NCBI RefSeq assembly: GCF_009914755.1 | Contig: NC_060937.1 | From: the human T2T-CHM13v2.0 reference genome, Homo sapiens | Reading direction: 5' to 3' (one strand) | Length of the DNA: 64,000 nucleotides | In this document: piece by piece, positions 53,491 through 64,000 of the stretch | Position numbering within the stretch: position 1 is the stretch's first letter | Layout of the letters: each line of letters starts with the position of its first letter | The notes under the pieces: model-generated | The model's database searches: none | Told to the model about the DNA's origin: nothing | The model's input: only the letters and a program-made list of their open reading frames with translations | Translations under genes and position numbers: made by a program

Positions 53491-54199
53491 CTAATATCAA
53501 ATACTATATGCATATGGGGAAGCCAGAGTGGAAGAATGTGCTATTCACATCTTCCCAACTTCTTCCCAACTATATTTCTTCAAGTCAGTGCTCTCAGAAG
53601 GTAGAAGCAGAAATCTTTAAGGAGGTAAAATTTCACATATATGTACATTGTATATTTTTTTCATAAAAAATCACAGATACATAAAATATCACATTGCATT
53701 TTTCCCACGATATTAGTCATTACTGAAGATCATACTCATTCCTCAGAAGGCTTACAAAGTCAGGAAAATATAGTTGGTCGTTTTGATGTCTAGTTTAATT
53801 AATTTAGTTAAATTTCATTTCATAATCATCATGACAAGGAAATGGACAGCAATATTATCCACTGCTAATTGCCTATTAAGGGTTCATTTACTGTACCTTT
53901 TGTTTTACAACAAAAATTGGTTTTTATTTATTTATTTATTTTTTTAGGAATCTACTTTCTCCCATAACCATATGTCTCAGGAAAATCTTTTTTCACTCAG
54001 AGCCAAGAGCGTGGCAGAGAATAAGCCTGTCCATAATTTGAGAAATGAAGAGGAAGTAAATAATTTTTGCCATTACATTTTGAAGAGAAGTATATTATAT
54101 GCCTATAAAAACAACCATACAAGAGAAAAAAACTGATGACTTGACTGAAGATGGTTGCAGTGGGAATACAAAATTGAAATTATAGGCACCAATAAAAAA

Positions 54200-54720
54200 G
54201 ATAGGTTTAGCAGAAGTTGGTTAATAATTTATGTGAGGTCTAAGGAAAGTGAAATATAAAGGAGACCCTCAGATTTCTCTCCAAATGGCAAAGTAAGATC
54301 CTAGCAAATAAAATCACACAGATTATCACAAGAGATTTGGGGATGCAGAACTTGAATTTGAGAAATTTTCTAGAGATGATGATAAACCTTGGGAAGTAAG
54401 ATGCTCTGTGTTGAAAATCAGCATTGTGGTAATGTGGGACATTACCATGAGATGTAGTAATAAAATGGTCATAGAACACAGCCATACAGAGAATACAAAT
54501 AATTATGATGGAGGAAGGGAAGAATGCAAAGTCTGAGAAGTCAGTTAGCCAGCTAACAAATAGAGAAATAAAAAAAGATAAAGAGGGAGAAAGGCAGACA
54601 GAAAAAGTTATTCACTGAAAGTGGAAAATGTTAGTTGGTAGAAATATTATACAAAATTGGAGAACATTAGGATGAGGAAAGATCATTAGATTTCTTAGCT
54701 AGAAAATGAGAAGCAAATTT
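54200..54720 (-). mobile_element. Degraded L2 fragments
   Basis: CTCAGATTTCT...GAACTTGAATTTGAGAAATTTTCTAGAGAT; GATGAGGAAAGATCATTAGATTT. Confidence 0.45.
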
Positions 54721-57700
54721 TTACTGTGTATTTCAGTTGAGGTTTTCTGAAGACAATTTTACTTGCATCCCACAAAAATGATTCTCATAATAAAATATGT
54801 TACACATTCAGGGAATAAAATTAAGAAACACTGATATGGAAAATGTGTACAAAGTACGTGGTGTATTCTTCATGTGTGTAGTGGACATATTTTGGATGGC
54901 TCTAATTTTACATTGTGAACACAGAAATGTGTTAATCATAGAAGTGTTATCCCAGCCAATATCCCCAAGCATGTGATGTAAACAAATGTGGAATTGGATT
55001 AGTAGAAACATATTTTCAAACTTTGCTGAACTAGCAACAGCTGCATTAGAGTAATGGCTTGAGGAGTTGCAGGTCATCAGCATTTATACTGTTGTTCCCA
55101 GAAGCAATAACATTTTCAAGCATTACATTGGCAGTGACACCCATGCAATTAAAAAAAAAAAATCTCCAAGGGAAAAATACAGTTTAAATGAGAATTTCAT
55201 CCTGAATTTTATTTCAGCTTTTGAACTTCTAATATAAACTGCTTTTAAAGGAAAGTGGTTCAATTCAGACTATGTCGACATGCTATTTTAACGAAGATTG
55301 TATCACTAAACTGTATTAAATGTGACCAGAAATTGTGAATAAAATGTATGTGTATTTTATGCTGAGGTTTATCAGGTTTCTCTTTAATCCAGGAAAGTAG
55401 AGGAGAGTTGTTTGTTTACTAATTGGAGAGAATTATACATTTGTTCACAGAGGAACACTTGCAATGAAAAGAGAAAACACAAAAGGCAAAGTTTAGAAAG
55501 GGCTGAAAATGTTAAAAGTTCAGTGTTACATCATGCAAAATAATAAAAATACTAAAACTGGACAGAAAAAAATTAGGTGAATATAATGTTTTTGGAAAAT
55601 AATGGCATAGTGCTTCATGGTCCCCAGGGACCTAATTATGAACTCTTTTGAATAGTGCACCTCAAATATTGACAGACAGACTGTTTATATTTTGTTCTTA
55701 ATTAAAGATTCTCCCCTCACACCCCAGAAAGGGTTTATCAGACATCTTTCTACACTAACAAGCATACTGTGAAGCCACATGTTGGGAGGCAAAAATAAAT
55801 GAATAAAGAAAAGGGAGTACAAATGTCTTCACAAACTAGAAAAGAGAAACTTTTCTATAACTTTCAAGGAAAAAAAAAGATCTTTTCACTTAGCTGTCTA
55901 AGTTTCCAGTCATTTTTTTTATATTTCCCATATTGCACATAAAGATCAGTCACACATTTTTGAGCTCCCAGAACAGCATCTATAGTGGTAAATTTTATGA
56001 AAAATAGCAATCTGGGGATAATCTTATAAAAACAGTATGACTCTTCAGTTTCTTTGATGAATGCTTTTAATCCAATTTCTATCTAGAAATTCCTAATTTT
56101 TAGTTTACTTTTTTACTCTAAACAGGAAATTGACAATGTTCTAATTGTATCAGGTTTATTTTAGTAATAATGTCCTGTCTTGAGACTGTTGGAAAAAAAA
56201 AAAGAGAGTAACACTGACAACCTAGCCAGAATATTGTACAATATATTGATTTATTGAAGGGTCAAATGGCAAAGAACAGGAACATTAGAAATATAAATAA
56301 GTTGCAGTAGTATATTTCAGGTGCAGACAAGTTTTTACTTTATGTCAGTATCTTTACTAGGGACTTTCTAGATGTACCATTTAATTGAGCTCCCAAGTAC
56401 GGCAAATAGTATATTGTTATCCTCTTTTTATATAGAACAGAACATGAACATAGACCTGTCTGGTCGCAAAGAAGGGCTCTTACGATTTTTACTAGTCAAT
56501 GTTTAGAGCTAGCCCTTAAAGGAGAAAGCTTTCTTACAAAAGTGCGATTCACCAGAAGAAACATTGACTTTGGTTTCCTCGAAATGTACTGAGCACTCAT
56601 TAGATAATTTGTACCGAGCATTAATTAGTTATTTTGGCAGAGTTCTGGTTTTCAGGGGTGCTATTTAGTCAACCACACTTGTCTAACTAGGATTTTTAGC
56701 AAATATATTTTTGTGGCCTTGTATATTCTTTCTATTCTACTACTATTCTTTGTATCTCTTTTGCTTTCTAGTCTTTAATTACTTAATTACTCTTAAGAAG
56801 AATTTGCGTCATTCCAAAATGTGTTTTCTTATTCGCCCACATTGTTTGCAGAGTTTAAAGTTTACTTTGTTCTATTAAGCATCAAAATATTTTAAACATT
56901 ATAAAAATATAATAATATTTAGAAGCTGTAAAATATTAATGATTTTCCAGGTGATGGACTAAAATATTGACATAATTCTCAATGTATAGATTCTGAAGAA
57001 GATAATTAAAGATTATATTTTATCTCCTTCTTTGGAAAAATAAAGGCATATCACAGCCAAATAATCCCATTCTTAGAACCTACATTTCAGGTGATTGAAA
57101 AATGTTTACCTATCACATTTTCTAAACAAAAGACAAAATCCAGAGCTGTGTACTGTGTAAGAATTAAACCACTGGAACCATTGCAACAAGGCACTCTGCT
57201 CTTCACTGCGGATGTCATGCCACTGTGTTTCTACTGTGGTGACATTTGACTAATGTGGGACCATTGAGATAAAAACATACTCCCAAATGTGAATAAGTTT
57301 TTCCTTTTAATGTTAATCTATTTTCCAGCTCTTTCCTATCATTTATTGCTAAAAACTAAACACCAAATTTTCTTAACTTCTCTCCTAAGAGGACCTAATT
57401 TAAGTATATAGTTATCTGAATATACATTATTCTTCTAATGTGAATACACAGTTAGTATCATAGAAACAAAATGGTTAAAGTCCTGTGAGAAGTCACCAAA
57501 CTTACCGGCCTGTTACAAAGAAGTTGACCTTGTCAACAATATAGGCACAAAATTAACCACATTCTTTAAAAAAAAAAAAATCTCCAGAAAAGAACAAGCA
57601 AACAAATCTGATTTCTGAAGAACAATCCCTGAGAAATTTCTATGATTAATCTTTTTAAACCACTTTATATCATAGGCTTTTGAAATATTTTCGCCAAGGC

Positions 57701-59488
57701 TCACATTAAAACCAAACAGAACAAAATAAAAACAAACATATGAAACCCAACATATTATAAACCAGTTCTCTATCTCATACACACACCTTCTTACTCTGCC
57801 ACAAACAAAACTTTTCTATGTTGTATTCTAATATTTTCACTTCTCTTGTTCTTCTATCTTATCTCATTAATTTGATATAGTAACCATACAATTTGAAAAT
57901 TAACTCTTTAACCCAGAGGCGGTAACTTCCTGGAATATGAGACATATCTGTTTACAGCTTGAATAATGAATCTGATGCTTTATGGCAATCTTAGCATTTT
58001 CAGCTAACATATATAAATATGCTCAATAAAAATGTTAAAAAAAACACTTCTTACATTAATTTCTGTTGTACACATTACAACCTGAAATTTGTCTTTGGGT
58101 TTGCTTTGAAAAGTAACATTGAACAAGGAAAACGGTAACACAGGAAAAGTTAAAGTAGGATTGTTTTTGTGCCATGTCCTTTGAATAAGATTTACAAAAC
58201 CATAGGTTTAACTTATTCAATCCAATAAAAAGTAATTATCAATGAGTTGGGAGGTTGACTACTTATCTGAAGTTGCTCAAAGGTTATTTAACTGATAAAC
58301 TCATCAAAACTTTTTGACATTGTTTACATACCTTTGTATATGTTCATTTCCTTAACAAAGTATAAAACTAAAAGAAAAAATATTTCCAATTTTTTGTTAA
58401 AGAAAAATTTATTCATTACTTTCAAAGTTAGAGTTTTCCTATGTAAATGACCACTTTAAAAATAATTTTCTCATGGATAATAACTCCAAAGATAACACGA
58501 CAGCATTGGAACATTTAACATTGTTATACCTATAATCTTTTAATGTTGAAATGCATTTTTGGATGTAATAGTCTATTTTCTATAAAACACAAAAATTATC
58601 CCTACATATATAAAGGATTATTTTTGTCAGATTCATAACATCTCTTCAGAGATAAAAATTATTTGAAACATGTTAAAAATATAAAAGTGCTGTTATAATT
58701 AAAAGTTGAATTAAGCTTTGCTTTTGAAACAGTTAATACAGCACAGAAAGCCATGACAAATCTGCCCCACCGCCCTGGACAAAAGGACCTGGGGATGACC
58801 CAACTTTTTATTGAGTATTGCCTTTTCAGATGTTCATTATGTACATGGTGATGGTCTGCAGGGGGAAAGGTAGTGAGAAAGATTGAGCAGCCAGTAGTCT
58901 GAGTCCTCTCACCGTAGAAATGTGCCCGCTTGCCCACCAAGCAAGCACTCTTGTTCTTGCCCTCTCTGCCCTTTTGCCAATTCTGCCTCTGGTTTCTGAT
59001 GATGTTAGAACTGTTTCACCCTCATTCTACCCAGTGTGACTCCATGCCTGTCTTAGGTAGTAGCTTTACCCAGTGAGACATGTCCCAGCTTCCATCATAC
59101 ATGCTCTCTGATGGAAAGGTGACTGAGTCAGAGGAAGCTCTTTAGGATACTCTCCCTAGCTTTGTTGCTAATCCAGGGCCAACACTCTTTGCCATGGATT
59201 ACGTGAAAAGATCCATGCCACTGCCTTTCAAGAGCAAGCTGAAGAGATGAGGGCTTCTTCCTTCCCACTGCTACTCTCTTGCCCCATCAGGTCCTGAGCA
59301 GCTGGGCCTGAGAGGTTCAAAGGACCATCTGTCCTATCTCTTTGCACAGTAGAAGTCTAGGAGTTCCATCTGTGGTCCCTTTTCCGCAAATTTCTACCTC
59401 ATCCTTCCTTCTATTCTGCCAGCTGTTTTACTTACTATTAGATTTGAACTATTTATGTAAGGAGATAATATGAAAATGCATCTATTAT

Positions 59489-59523
59489 ATAGATGGATAG
59501 ATAGATAGAGAGATAGATAGATA
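59489..59523. repeat. (GATA)n microsatellite
   Basis: ATAGATGGATAGATAGATAGAGAGATAGATAGATA. Confidence 0.9.
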
Positions 59524-61369
59524 AAACAAAGTTGCCATTATTAGTTTAAATAAAGTGTTATCCATTCTTTTTTTGTGAACATAAAAGTTCAATTATACAG
59601 ATTATAAAACTAACTTTATGTGATCAATTTTTATAACTGTCACTAAGGATCAATATGCTATTATGTTTTTCCATTCGCCATTTTCACTCAATAAGCCTTG
59701 CTGTTTTTTGTTTTCTTTTATCTTTCAATTTCCAGGTCAAGTTCTCATTTTCTCATTTTGTGTCAGCCTATGCTGATTGTTTTCTGGTTTTTTATACAGC
59801 CCTTGCTGATTAATTTTTTATTACCATCTTTGAGTATATGTTGTAATTAGCTAAGGTAAGAATAATTAAGAATAGATCACTGTGAAAAATAATGAAATTA
59901 TATTTTATGTTTTCCTCTCCTTTCTTAGAGCTGTCATTATTATTATTGCTAAATGTTAAGGCTCACTGTCTGAGCCTTTAATTAGGAAACTTCCCCCAAA
60001 GCTAGTATTAGTCAACATTAAAACACATGGTGCTTCCTGAACTTTGGCATCAAAAGAAATTAATAGTTTACCCTGAATGACATCACTAGTCATCATCAGG
60101 CAGGAAATGTCTAGTTTTACTGCTCTCTGTGTGGATTGTGGCACTGAACTATTAAATCATGGTCACCTTAGGTTATATGCCTTTTTGTTTTTTACAACAA
60201 CACATTAAGCAATTCAGTTCAAATTATATGTCATTCTAATTGGAACTGGAGAGCAATTAACTTTTCTGTGGCAAAATATCATGTACTTTTTTCTTTTTAC
60301 CCATCAAAGGGAATTTTGTCAAGAGAAGACTAGAACTTCATATAAATTAAAATTGTTGCTATAAATTGATCTCTGTTGTAATTAGCTTACGAACTACTTT
60401 AACTATGACTAAAGATAAGAACTAAGAAATTCAATAACTAGTGACTATTTGGCCACTTGACATAGTATCACTTCTCATGAGTCAAGATCAGTGCAAGTTC
60501 TAATACAAATGAATAGATTTTTCTCCATTATATAAAAAAGAGAAATGTATAAGATGTCCTTTTTCTCACTCTAGCATCAGTTTCCTTAAACTTAGATTAA
60601 TGAAAACGACTATGTTTATAAATTATAAATAATTATAGGACATAAGACAGCACCATAAGTCTCATACCACAGAACTAAATAACAGACAAGAAGTTGCATA
60701 AGCAGAATTTATATTATCTTCCTCCACATGCATAATTGGATACATTCCCTGGCTCTATTGTAAATTATAATTCAACATAATTCAGTTAAAAAATGGTAGA
60801 TTCATCTATTTATTTCTGCTTCTTTTTCTTTCTCTGTCCATTTTCTTCTTTCAATGTAACATCAAAAAGTGCTGAATTATTGAATTTTGGTAACGAGCTA
60901 GAAAAATATCCAGGAATTAGTCAATTGTCAAAAATAAAATATAAGGTATTACAGAAATGTGATAGAAAACAGCCATGCAATGTCAGACATTTTTGATAAT
61001 CTGAAGAGACATTTCAATTTAAAATTGAATATATACATGTGAAAACAAAGTATGAGATTTTGTTGTACTGCTAAATATATAGGAGAAGCCCCGGATAAAC
61101 TGATTTATAGAGTAACAGCATGTATATACATATATTACACAGAGGCCAAAGTCAGAACATACTTCAGTTCTCTGTTAAATATTTTTTCATATTTATATCA
61201 AAACCCTCCACTTTATCAACTTAACAAGTTACTATATAAGGAATATATGTGTTTTACAGCTGATAGTCTGATACTTAACTGGAATTATAGTTGCTGAGGT
61301 CCAGTATACAGTTAAACATTTTGAGACATATAATTTAATCTGTGTACTTTAAGAAAATATATGTAAAAA

Positions 61370-61990
61370 CTCACATTCATTTATTTAATGAATACTAATG
61401 AATATTAATGAACACTATTTAATGAATATTAATGAATACATTAATAATTAATGATGATTAATATGTATTAATCATCATCTTTGGCCAAGTTATGTGTAAG
61501 GGGTAGCAGTTAACAAAATGTCAAAATGCCTTACCCTTAGCAGGATGGATAGATATTTAATAATTTAATAATCAATTGAACAGTTTATATTTTGATTAGA
61601 AGTATGATGCGGTATTTATCAGAGAAGTTTAAGTTTATGAAACAGTGTATAATAGGGATATGAAGTTATCCTAAAGGTCAGTGAAAAGCTCTCTTAAGAA
61701 GAGCTGATTTACTCTGAAAACTCAAGAAAGTGAAAGAGTTAACTTACAAAATGATAATGATTAATTGGGTAAGGGAAGATGTGGAAATACAAAGTTGAAA
61801 AGCAAAATCCCTGAGGAAGGAAAATATTCTATTTATTACAGGAATTGAATGAAAGTCAATATGGCAGTTGAATACCTGTAAGTTGCTGATAGTGTGATGC
61901 TGGAATAGACTAGAGAGACAGAAGCTAATTATTCAAGGGACCACAGGGCATGTTGATAATTTGTTCTTTATGCTAAGAACAATGTGGGGG
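61370..61990 (-). mobile_element. L2 3' fragment
   Basis: CATTCATTTATTTAATGAATA tail; GGTCAGTGAAAAGCTCTCTTAAGAAG; GCAAAATCCCTGAGGAAGGAA. Confidence 0.65.
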
Positions 61991-61999
61991 AAGGTTTCA

Positions 62000-62960
62000 T
62001 ACTAGTCAGAGTTCTTCAGGCAGCTGACTTAAACACGCCTCAAACTAAGTGTATGGAGAATGTATAGACTCACATTACTGAAAAGTCTATGATTTATATC
62101 TTATTGTGATAGATTGAATACAGAAATGGACAATAGCCAGACCATATGTAAAAATAGAACTCTGCCCCATAAACTGCATCTACCTATCCAGGAAATCCTT
62201 TATTTAAAGTCACCAGCCCAGGAGGCCAGCCTGCAGTAAGTTTTGCAGAGAGCCATATTGCTATCTCTACTGACAGTCTAGGAAGCCAAACAACAATCCC
62301 TGTAATAAGAGGCTCCTAATAGTCAAGACTTCATGAGTCACTAGCAACTTCCCTATTTTTTGTGCCTGCTTCCAACTTAAAACCAACTAAGGATATCTAA
62401 ATATGCACCCCAATGAATACCCTAGCCAATACAATTCTCTGCTATTAGTTAGCCTGCCTACATTTCCCTATGCCAACAGCCTCCAACTTGGGCATACTGA
62501 AGCCTTCCCTTTTTCCCATTATAAAACTTTCCCACCTCTCTACCTACCTTTGAGTCTCTGCTGAAATGCAAGTGAAAGCGCTGACTACCTTGCTACAAGT
62601 TCAGAATAAATAACTTTTGCTTGTTCTCATTTGATTGGTCTTTATTTCCACAACTAAATTAAGACACTCACAGAAGCTATTAGTCATCTCTCTCTCCTTC
62701 TCGCTATATATATATATCCATCTCCCAGGTCAACTTTCCTCTATTTTATTTTCTTTCATAAGATAAAGATGTCCACAAGCAAATCAAGGTTTATACCATG
62801 CTACAGAAGGAAATCGCAGAGAAAAACAAAAATATGTATGGTATAGACAGATGTAGAAAAATGTCCAGGGTGAATCTAGTCCCATCTTAGAGCACGGGTC
62901 CATTTCTGCATCAATAATTGGTTCCAAGTGGGCGAGTTCATTGGATTTGTTACTGGACTG
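62000..62960 (-). mobile_element. MLT1K/L-like LTR pieces flanking the ERV1 LTR
   Basis: TAGTCAGAGTTCTTCAGGCAG...CTCAAACTAAG...CTCACATTACTGAAAAGTC; resumes after 62655 (CAACTTTCCTCT...CATTGGAT). Confidence 0.55.
62114..62652 (+). mobile_element. ERV1 (MER4-group) solo LTR
   Basis: AGCCAGACCATAT..AAATAGAACTCTG; CCAGCCCAGGA; TTCCAACTTAAAACCAAC; TATAAAA at ~62520; AATAAA at ~62605; ends TTTCCACA. Confidence 0.75.
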
Positions 62961-63636
62961 CATAAGATTACTTTGGGGCAGAATTGTTGTCTAGTTGCAC
63001 TTTTATTTTAGATAAGCAACAAATACTTTAAAATACAATAATGGCCCATGGAATAATATATGAAAATATTTACTGTTTGCCTCAGATTCAAATTTACCTG
63101 GGCATTTTGTGTATTGTATGGTAACCCTCCTGGTAGGGTAGTGAAGGCAAAGCCATTACAACTCATCCAGCCAGGTGTGAGTTTGTTCAGGGACACACCC
63201 AGAAAGAAAACATATTCAGCTGAAAACAGTAATAGATGCTACTAAATATTTCAAACTAAAACAACAAAAAAATAAGATGATTTGAAAAAAATAAGCCTGT
63301 TTGCTATGTTGCTGGGAAATTAGAATAAGTAAGAGAGTGTAGAATTATCCTAGTGCAGCCGATAAGTTGAGATTGTACGTAAGCGGTTTCAACTGGAATG
63401 ATGATACAGGTATTAAAACAAACACATTAGACATGGGTAATAGAATGAATAGAGGTTTGTAATTGTCCATTGTTAGTTAAGGAAAGTAAACTTTACAAGA
63501 TTACAATTAAGCTGCTAGAATTTTAAAAACTTAACAGGTGTAATGGATTTAAGGTTACTTTGTAAATTTAATTTTATTTTTATTAAGCAAATATAAACAA
63601 TTCAAAAATAAAGCTTAAAGCAATGACATTTAAATC

Positions 63637-63676
63637 ACCACATGACTGAAACATTATAATTACCACATGACTGAAA
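63637..63676. repeat. Short direct duplication (15 bp, 25-bp period)
   Basis: ACCACATGACTGAAA at 63637-63651 and 63662-63676. Confidence 0.85.
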
Positions 63677-63679
63677 ATA

Positions 63680-64000
63680 AAGTTAATAAAATCTGGGTAA
63701 GATCTCTACACAGTAAGATATAAAGCTATTGAGAGTAGTTGCTGAATACCTGATTAACTACAGGCAAACACTCTGTTTATTGATTAGAACATAAATATGT
63801 AAAGTTGAAAATTTCCCCACATTTGTATATAAATATATTGCAACCACAATTAAAATCCCAGCAAGTGTTTTTGTAAAAATGCATAAGTTGGTTCTAAAAT
63901 AAATATGGAAATACAAAGAGCTAAATATAGCCAAGGCAATCTTGGAAAGGCACATGGTAGTTGAACATACTTTACCTTATTCTAAGACATGTATTAAATA
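63680..64000 (+). mobile_element. Old L1ME-type ORF2 fragment (runs off the window)
   Basis: CAATTAAAATCCCAGCAAG...TTCTAAAATAAATATGGAAATACAAAG...ATAGCCAAGGCAATCTTG. Confidence 0.8.

Overview
AT-rich, CpG-poor primate (human-like) genomic DNA made mostly of interspersed repeats: AluJ/AluS SINEs, L1s of many ages, THE1/MLT1 MaLRs, ERV1 and ERVL remnants, a Tigger2-type fragment, MIR/L2 relics and microsatellites. I see no host protein-coding gene, CpG island or structural RNA gene. The only long ORF (504 aa) is the C-terminal part of L1 ORF2p, and the short ORFs are repeat-derived or chance. I found no convincing undescribed biological system. The notable features are mechanistic fossils: (1) a degraded class III (LTR40/HERVL40-like) provirus retaining an env/TM remnant; (2) a TSD-flanked insertion consisting only of an old L1 5'UTR; (3) two twin-priming 5'-inverted L1s, one inside a three-level L1 nest; (4) a full THE1 splitting a Tigger2 fragment; (5) a MER61-like ERV1 with a decayed p53-type site. 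All subfamily names come from recognition of consensus motifs from memory, not a database search. Boundaries of old repeats are approximate.
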